Source: Candidatus Moraniibacteriota bacterium
GTDB lineage: Bacteria; Patescibacteriota; Minisyncoccia; Moranbacterales; UBA1568
Direction of reading: 5' to 3'
Assembly: GCA_030648835.1 (NCBI GenBank)
Contig: JAUSGT010000002.1
Location: 309,458 to 373,457, forward strand
DNA length: 64,000 bases
In this document: positions 58,914-64,000 of the stretch, piece after piece
How the letters are laid out: every line of letters starts with the position of its first letter
Position numbering within the stretch: the first letter of the stretch is position 1
Translations under genes and position numbers: made by a program
The notes under the pieces: model-generated
What the model saw: only the letters and a program-made list of their open reading frames with translations
The model's database searches: none
What the model was told of the DNA's origin: nothing

Positions 58914-59516
58914 ATGCTTTCACTTGATCAAAAAGAGATAGAAGCCAAGCTGGATACATTTAATTGGAATTTTAAAGTTGGGGATAATATAAAACACAAC
59001 ATTGAAGAAGTGTTTTTCTTGTACAAAATAAAAGAAGAAAATTGTTCATATACTAGGGAAAAACAATTTATAAATAAACATATATCAATAACCCTAGTTG
59101 CTATTATTGAAGGAATTTTACACGACTTTGTTGTAAGACTAAGCGAAGCCACAAACCACTTTCCGTTAATCATTGATGATAAGAAAAAGAAGGATATCAA
59201 AAAATATATTTCAGAGCAAAAAGTACCTTTTAAGTATAAAAAACTTGAGGGTAGAATACTCAGAGTCAAAAACTATTCATTCGCTCAGATTCTCAAGTTG
59301 CTTCAAAACTTCGAGCTGTTAGAGTCAAAAAATAGCCCAATCTACAATACGTTAGAGGCCGCCACTCATTTTAGAAATCGCATCCATATTTATAATTGGT
59401 TTAATAACTTTGAGACCGACGAGAGGGATGTTTTTACGGATAAACGGTTAGAAGTTCTCGAGTGGTTAGTTATTTACATCTTAACTACAATGGAGGCCAA
59501 GTACTCACGGCCTTGA
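58914..59516 (+). CDS. HEPN-like protein
   Basis: IIE..L and RNRIH motifs. Confidence 0.6.
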   Translation: MLSLDQKEIEAKLDTFNWNFKVGDNIKHNIEEVFFLYKIKEENCSYTREKQFINKHISITLVAIIEGILHDFVVRLSEATNHFPLIIDDKKKKDIKKYISEQKVPFKYKKLEGRILRVKNYSFAQILKLLQNFELLESKNSPIYNTLEAATHFRNRIHIYNWFNNFETDERDVFTDKRLEVLEWLVIYILTTMEAKYSRP

Positions 59517-59617
59517 GAAGAGGGTTGTGAGGGAGTATCTGTTCAAAGAAGGTTTGTGGATTATGAATTTGGACTAGCAACCTAGTGGAATGGCGTATTT
59601 TTTGCTACAATAAAAAC

Positions 59618-59791
59618 ATGTCAAAACAGATTAGAAAAAAGAGAGAAGATACTAAGATTGGGACCATAGAAAAAAAATATGATCGTGATTTTGGTGTGCG
59701 ATCAGATAAGAAACTAGGAAACTATCTTAAGGAACAAGGGTTTCCATCGTTAAGTAAGCTTCTCGATGAAACAAAGCGAGGAAAAAAGTGA
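59618..59791 (+). CDS. Small basic protein, candidate antitoxin/regulator
   Basis: 57 aa, internally repeated R(E/S)DxK(I/L)G; overlaps the next gene; TGnTACAAT just upstream. Confidence 0.65.
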   Translation: MSKQIRKKREDTKIGTIEKKYDRDFGVRSDKKLGNYLKEQGFPSLSKLLDETKRGKK

Positions 59792-60389
59792 TGAGGTTAT
59801 TGATGAGTTGATGCCAAAAGAAACCTTTGAGAAAAGGTTCTCTTTTATTACAAACGATACTCTAAAAAAGAATATCGCGATTGCTTTTGAATATATTGTT
59901 TTTCTAATTGATACTGCAGGAAAGGAAAATCATAAGCAATTGATTAGAAGTTCTCTTTATAAGGATGCGACCGTTTATACAGGGACTATTGTTGAGGCCT
60001 GTCTTTGTCATGTACTTATGAAATATTTCTCAGTAAACAAATTACAAAAAACAAAAGTTTTGACTCCAGAATGGAAAGAAGAAGCACAAGGGTTTATACA
60101 CGAGTTTAGTAAAAAAAAGAGGATCCGTTATGTTATTGAGCATATAAGCTACGAAGATATTAGAGATTCATCAAACTTTATCGAAATAAATCGTGCTTGT
60201 CTTCGTGGCAGGATACTTTCTAAAAAAGAATACGAAATTGCAGAAGAAATAAGAATAGCTAGGAATAAAATTCACGTATCTGGATTAAAGGAAATAGATA
60301 ATTCATACAGCAAAGAGAAGCTTGATGAAATCTTTTCTAAAGCAAATAAAATTATTAGAAAAGTAGAAAAGAAACTTTTGAAGCTTTAG
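59766..60389 (+). CDS. HEPN-like protein
   Basis: IVEA.L and RNKIH motifs; same layout as 58914-59516. Confidence 0.6.
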   Translation: MKQSEEKSDEVIDELMPKETFEKRFSFITNDTLKKNIAIAFEYIVFLIDTAGKENHKQLIRSSLYKDATVYTGTIVEACLCHVLMKYFSVNKLQKTKVLTPEWKEEAQGFIHEFSKKKRIRYVIEHISYEDIRDSSNFIEINRACLRGRILSKKEYEIAEEIRIARNKIHVSGLKEIDNSYSKEKLDEIFSKANKIIRKVEKKLLKL

Positions 60390-60520
60390 GGGGTTTTTTT
60401 TCAGAGAGTAAAAAAATAGTCAGGTACCATTTTGGTAGGAATTTTCTCAGCCCTGGTTCGTTTTTAGTGGCTTGATTTATTCTTCAAAAAGAGTAGGATA
60501 CAAGCACAACTGAATAGTGA

Positions 60521-60617
60521 ATTATCTAGAGAGTGGCGAGAGCACTGGCTCACTGACCCACCGGCAACCCTTGGCAACAAGAAGGTGCCCCATCCAGCCC
60601 TGGAAAGGGAAAGATAT
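60521..60617 (+). ncRNA. SAM-I (S-box) riboswitch aptamer
   Basis: UUAUC-UAGAG; P2 GUGG/CCAC with kink-turn-like GA/UGA and GAGC/GCUC; P3 GGCAACC...GGUGCC; L2 CUGG/CCAG pseudoknot; P4 CCCU/AGGG; AAAGAUA. Confidence 0.85.
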
Positions 60618-60630
60618 CGGTCGATTCTTT

Positions 60631-60653
60631 CTCTGTCTCTGGACAGAGTTTTT
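60631..60653 (+). terminator. Riboswitch expression-platform terminator
   Basis: CTCTGTC-TCTG-GACAGAG-TTTTT; competing antiterminator GGGAAAGA/TCTTTCTC. Confidence 0.75.
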
Positions 60654-60673
60654 GATTTTCTAACGATAATACT

Positions 60674-61099
60674 ATGAAAAATATCTACTATAAAGCAAAA
60701 GAAGAAGATGAGACTCCTCTCCATATGTCTGGATTTGTTCCGTTCCGTTTGGAACTTAAAAATTTCCCAAAATATGACAATTTTCCATACAATATTTTGT
60801 TCGCAGGAGATGCCAACATAGACGGAGTGGACATGTCCGGCAGTGCTCTGTATTTTCCCGATTTTTCAACGTTTCAGGAAAGTGAGAAAAAACAGTCTAT
60901 GACTTATTTTAACCAATATAGTCGCGAATGGACGGTGGTGATTGAGTATGACAAGCAAAGGGGTTCGTGGGAAGGATCAAAATATTACAAAGGTGAATTC
61001 AAAGGCGGTGGCGGTGGTACAGAGTGGAGAATGGCTTTTGCACATCTGACTATGGCTGGATTGGCGAATGGTGAAAGGGTGGAATTTGAAAAGATTTGA
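60674..61099 (+). CDS. Hypothetical protein downstream of the SAM-I riboswitch
   Basis: 141-aa aromatic-rich ORF; no Met/SAM pathway motifs recognised. Confidence 0.7.
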   Translation: MKNIYYKAKEEDETPLHMSGFVPFRLELKNFPKYDNFPYNILFAGDANIDGVDMSGSALYFPDFSTFQESEKKQSMTYFNQYSREWTVVIEYDKQRGSWEGSKYYKGEFKGGGGGTEWRMAFAHLTMAGLANGERVEFEKI

Positions 61100-61542
61100 A
61101 AAGTTTTTTTAACGCTAAAATCATGAAAAATATGGACAACAATCAAAACAGGGAATCGCTTTCCCAGGTTAAGGTAAAAGAAGTAGCTTCGCGCTACATT
61201 AGCGGATGTGATAAGTGGTATAGAATGTATGCTGGCATTGCTTCGAATCTAGAAAGATATGAAAGCGGTATTATGTATCTGCGGATAGAAAATACCGAGA
61301 AAACAAAACCTTCAAGCTATGAAACGGCCGTTGAGTTCGCTCGCAAATGGGTGGGATACAATGCAGAATTAAAAGACGCGAAAGGGTTCGTTGTTTCGTT
61401 CTATACCAGCGGGGCGACTGGTTTTGTATTGAATGGTGCCACTGATAAAGGTATTGCTAGCGATTTGGTTCAGCAATTCATAAGGGCTTCGCAGCAAGAA
61501 AAAAAACTAGTGAATATTTTTTCTGGAGAGTTGAAAGTTTGA
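61096..61542 (+). CDS. Hypothetical protein, second gene of the riboswitch operon (alternative ATG 61123)
   Basis: TTG start overlaps the previous TGA. Confidence 0.7.
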   Translation: MKSFFNAKIMKNMDNNQNRESLSQVKVKEVASRYISGCDKWYRMYAGIASNLERYESGIMYLRIENTEKTKPSSYETAVEFARKWVGYNAELKDAKGFVVSFYTSGATGFVLNGATDKGIASDLVQQFIRASQQEKKLVNIFSGELKV

Positions 61543-61589
61543 AAGAAAAGATGCAAAGCAGACAGTAATATCTTTTTTACCAAGTTCTA

Positions 61590-62900
61590 TTAGTCGAGCT
61601 CTGTTGAAAAAGTTGGTATCCCAACTCTCTTTCGACTTGTTTCACCTTTGAAGAGGTGATTTTTTCTTTCTGGTACTCTACCTCGTTCTCCTGAGTGCTG
61701 AGTAAATTGGTGTGCAAGAAAGGAAGCGCCAAAGTGAATAGTGTGTTTCCCATACTTGGCTCTTACTTCATCGATTTTTTCATAAAGTCTGCGAAAACCG
61801 TCAATTTTCAGTGAAGACCCAAACAAATCTGGCTGCAGATTCGGTTCTTGAAGTTCAATCAAGCCGATCATAGTTGCTCGATAGAGTACCCCTTTTTTAA
61901 ACAAATTATCAAACTCAGGTTTTAATAAATCAATCAGTTCATGAGCGAAGTTTGTCGGTCGAGAAAGCTTTACTTCAGTCGAATGGTGTTCGTAGTTCTG
62001 GGTGCGGAGGAGAATATATACTTTTTTGGCTTCCAGTTTATAGCCTCTCGCTTTCATGCAAGCGGATTCGATGTTCTTACAGAGCTGAGCAAAGACAAAA
62101 CGAGGATCATTGGATGGAGGAGTGAACGTCTTCATCTTCTGGATAGAATAGTGATCTGCGCGAGGCTCTATCTGTAGTGGCATGACGCTTTCTCCTCTGA
62201 GCTCTGACCAGATTTCTTGGATCGGTTTTGGAAAATATTTTTGTACCCACTCCTTATCTCTGCGGACGAAATCCAAACAGGTATGAACTCCGTATTTTTG
62301 AAGCAGTGAAGATGTTTGCGGTCCAATACCCCAGGGCTTACCAATAGGCAGATTTTCTAGATAAAGATGAATCTTTCTGTTGGGGATAGCTGTCAGGCCA
62401 TTGGGCTTATTCCATTTAGAACCAAGCTTAGCTAGTACCTTCGTAGAAGCAAGGCCGATAGAGAAGGTAAAACCAAGTTCTTTGGTCAGATCATCTTGGA
62501 GCTTCTCTGCAATCTTCGTATAGCTCATGTGAAACGGCCTCTGCCAGCCTGTTAGGTCGGCAAAGCACTCGTCTATCCCATATTCTTCTACGTCTGGCGT
62601 ATAACGCCTCACAATATCAAAGAAACGTTTGGAAAGAAGGGAATAAGTCTCATAGTCAGAAGGGAGAATAATAGCTTCAGGGCAGAGCTTTTTAATCTCA
62701 GAGAGTCTCATGGCTCTCGTTACTCCCTTGGCTTTAGCTTCGTAGCTCATGGAAGCGGCGATGCCTCGTTCTTTGCCGGTGATGACTGGCTTACCTCGCA
62801 GTTCTGGGTTTCTGGCTTGTTCACAAGAGGCAAAGAAAGCATCTCCGTCGATATGGAGGATGGCGCGGGGAAACTTACCAAGAGCAATAGGGGCAGACAT
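61590..62900 (-). CDS. Y-family DNA polymerase (DinB/UmuC-like)
   Basis: HIDGDAFFASCE, SYEAK..G, IDE.F.D, K.LAK.GS...KP.G. Confidence 0.93.
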   Translation of the reverse strand: MSAPIALGKFPRAILHIDGDAFFASCEQARNPELRGKPVITGKERGIAASMSYEAKAKGVTRAMRLSEIKKLCPEAIILPSDYETYSLLSKRFFDIVRRYTPDVEEYGIDECFADLTGWQRPFHMSYTKIAEKLQDDLTKELGFTFSIGLASTKVLAKLGSKWNKPNGLTAIPNRKIHLYLENLPIGKPWGIGPQTSSLLQKYGVHTCLDFVRRDKEWVQKYFPKPIQEIWSELRGESVMPLQIEPRADHYSIQKMKTFTPPSNDPRFVFAQLCKNIESACMKARGYKLEAKKVYILLRTQNYEHHSTEVKLSRPTNFAHELIDLLKPEFDNLFKKGVLYRATMIGLIELQEPNLQPDLFGSSLKIDGFRRLYEKIDEVRAKYGKHTIHFGASFLAHQFTQHSGERGRVPERKNHLFKGETSRKRVGIPTFSTELD

Positions 62901-62901
62901 A

Positions 62902-63477
62902 CTAGTACTTTCTGATGATAGCTGTGACAATAGCCTCTATTCGCAATTCTTCTTTGGGATAGATAGTAGGAAACTTCGGATTGGCTGGCACCAAGACAAT
63001 TTTTTTACCGGGAAGAATATGGTAATATTTCATCGTCCATTTTCCATCGACACAGGCAATGACAATGTCACCATGTTTTGGTTGTTTTCCTCGTTCTACA
63101 AGAGCAGTGTCTCCGGGACGAATACCAGCATTGATCATTGATTGGCCCTTCACTTCGAGCATATAGGTGGCTTCCCGTCTTTGGATAAGCCATTCATCAA
63201 GAGTCATGGTATCTAGGAGCTCTTCTTCAGCCGGGGAAGGAAAACCAGCTTCAACAAAACCAAGCTTCTTTACGCTGGTGAAAAGGTTAGTAGGAGTTAA
63301 CTTTCCTTTTTTGTCTCGTCTCAAAACACCTTCATCCACGAGAGCGTCTACGAGCTCTTTTGTTTTCCTCATGGATTTTGTACGAATTATTCTATCTCTA
63401 ATTTCTCGTACTGATGGCATACGCTTGTTATCCTCGTAAAATGCCTGAATTTTTTGATAGAGTATAATAGAATCCAT
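62902..63477 (-). CDS. LexA/UmuD-like S24 peptidase with N-terminal HTH
   Basis: MPSVREI, AGFPSPA, G.SM..AGI..GD, T.K. Confidence 0.88.
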   Translation of the reverse strand: MDSIILYQKIQAFYEDNKRMPSVREIRDRIIRTKSMRKTKELVDALVDEGVLRRDKKGKLTPTNLFTSVKKLGFVEAGFPSPAEEELLDTMTLDEWLIQRREATYMLEVKGQSMINAGIRPGDTALVERGKQPKHGDIVIACVDGKWTMKYYHILPGKKIVLVPANPKFPTIYPKEELRIEAIVTAIIRKY

Positions 63478-63516
63478 AGGTATAAAGGGGCGTTAATAGT
63501 ACGATATACACTATAT

Positions 63517-63532
63517 GGGAACAAACGTTCCC
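63517..63532. promoter_or_regulatory. GAAC-N4-GTTC operator in the promoter spacer of the S24/dinB cassette
   Basis: GGGAAC-AAAC-GTTCCC between TTGACT and TATAGT on the minus strand. Confidence 0.7.
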
Positions 63533-63603
63533 AAGTCAAGTAAAATAACCATATGTGCGGACGTTATCTAAAAAGAGTATGCTTTGTGTAATATAAGAAA
63601 TCT

Positions 63604-64000
63604 ATGATTGCCACGATTGATATAAAAAGCAGACCATTGAAACTTGCCTTTTTGGTAGACCCTAAAAAGCAAAGAGAAATTTTAACTGCTATAGAACTTA
63701 GTTGTTCTTTATGGGGTGGTGCTTTTAACCCTATAATTCCTTTCTATACAAGTGTTCCAGAAAATTGGGATAAAATGCCTTACTCTAAAAAAAGAAAAGA
63801 AAAGCCTAGCAATATAGTTAATGGGTATATTAAAACTTTTGATCCGGACGTATTGGTGATTTGTAGCGATAGAGCTCTTCCTAAAGAAGTAGATACTTTT
63901 GGGCTTCGTGTGATCAAATCCGATGAATTATGGAAAAGTTTTTTGAGTAACGGAGAAGGTCAGCCTGATTATGGAATAGGGATTTTTGAAATCCTAAATG
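63604..64000 (+). CDS. 5' part of a hypothetical protein running off the window
   Basis: Open frame MIATIDIKSRPLKLAFLV...LWGGAFNPIIP to the window end. Confidence 0.7.
   Translation, partial: MIATIDIKSRPLKLAFLVDPKKQREILTAIELSCSLWGGAFNPIIPFYTSVPENWDKMPYSKKRKEKPSNIVNGYIKTFDPDVLVICSDRALPKEVDTFGLRVIKSDELWKSFLSNGEGQPDYGIGIFEILN

Larger units (their letters stand above)
43076..64000. mobile_element. Genomic/defence island starting after tRNA-Ser(GCT); right end not in the window
   Basis: Shift to more AT-rich sequence; serine recombinase, terminase module, Xis-like HTH, RM and HEPN-like cargo. Confidence 0.8.

Noticed and set aside
1-64000. CRISPR array
   Set aside because: No regularly spaced repeat-spacer series and no cas genes; the repeats are dispersed palindromes.
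43076-64000. Complete prophage
   Set aside because: No portal, capsid, tail, lysis or replication genes recognised, and no second att copy of the tRNA-Ser 3' end seen in the window.

Overview
Bacterial chromosome segment read with genetic code 11. It is most consistent with a Patescibacteria/CPR (Parcubacteria-like) genome; this is an inference from tRNA-Arg(GCG), few Shine-Dalgarno sites on housekeeping genes, and abundant short palindromic and heptamer repeats. Bases 1-43 kb are backbone: a divergent purine cluster (guaA 3' end, purN, purL, purQ, purM), lexA, valS, tsaD, recG, murI, tag, transporters and nine tRNAs. This part also holds (i) structured tails on four tRNAs, each with an antisense copy of its own T-arm plus a duplicated tRNA 3' end, (ii) four MITEs with 4-bp TNNA target duplications, and (iii) REP-like repeats inserted in frame in tsaD and valS. 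From tRNA-Ser(GCT) at ~43.1 kb to the window end lies a more AT-rich island. It carries a large serine recombinase next to TerL/TerS/ParB-methyltransferase (no portal or capsid seen), SNF2 helicase plus type III RM, three RxxxxH (HEPN-like) proteins and a umuD/dinB-like cassette. The most notable element is a SAM-I riboswitch with a complete terminator/antiterminator controlling two orphan genes inside this defence island, a candidate SAM-depletion-triggered backup defence. All calls were made by eye; no database searches were run.
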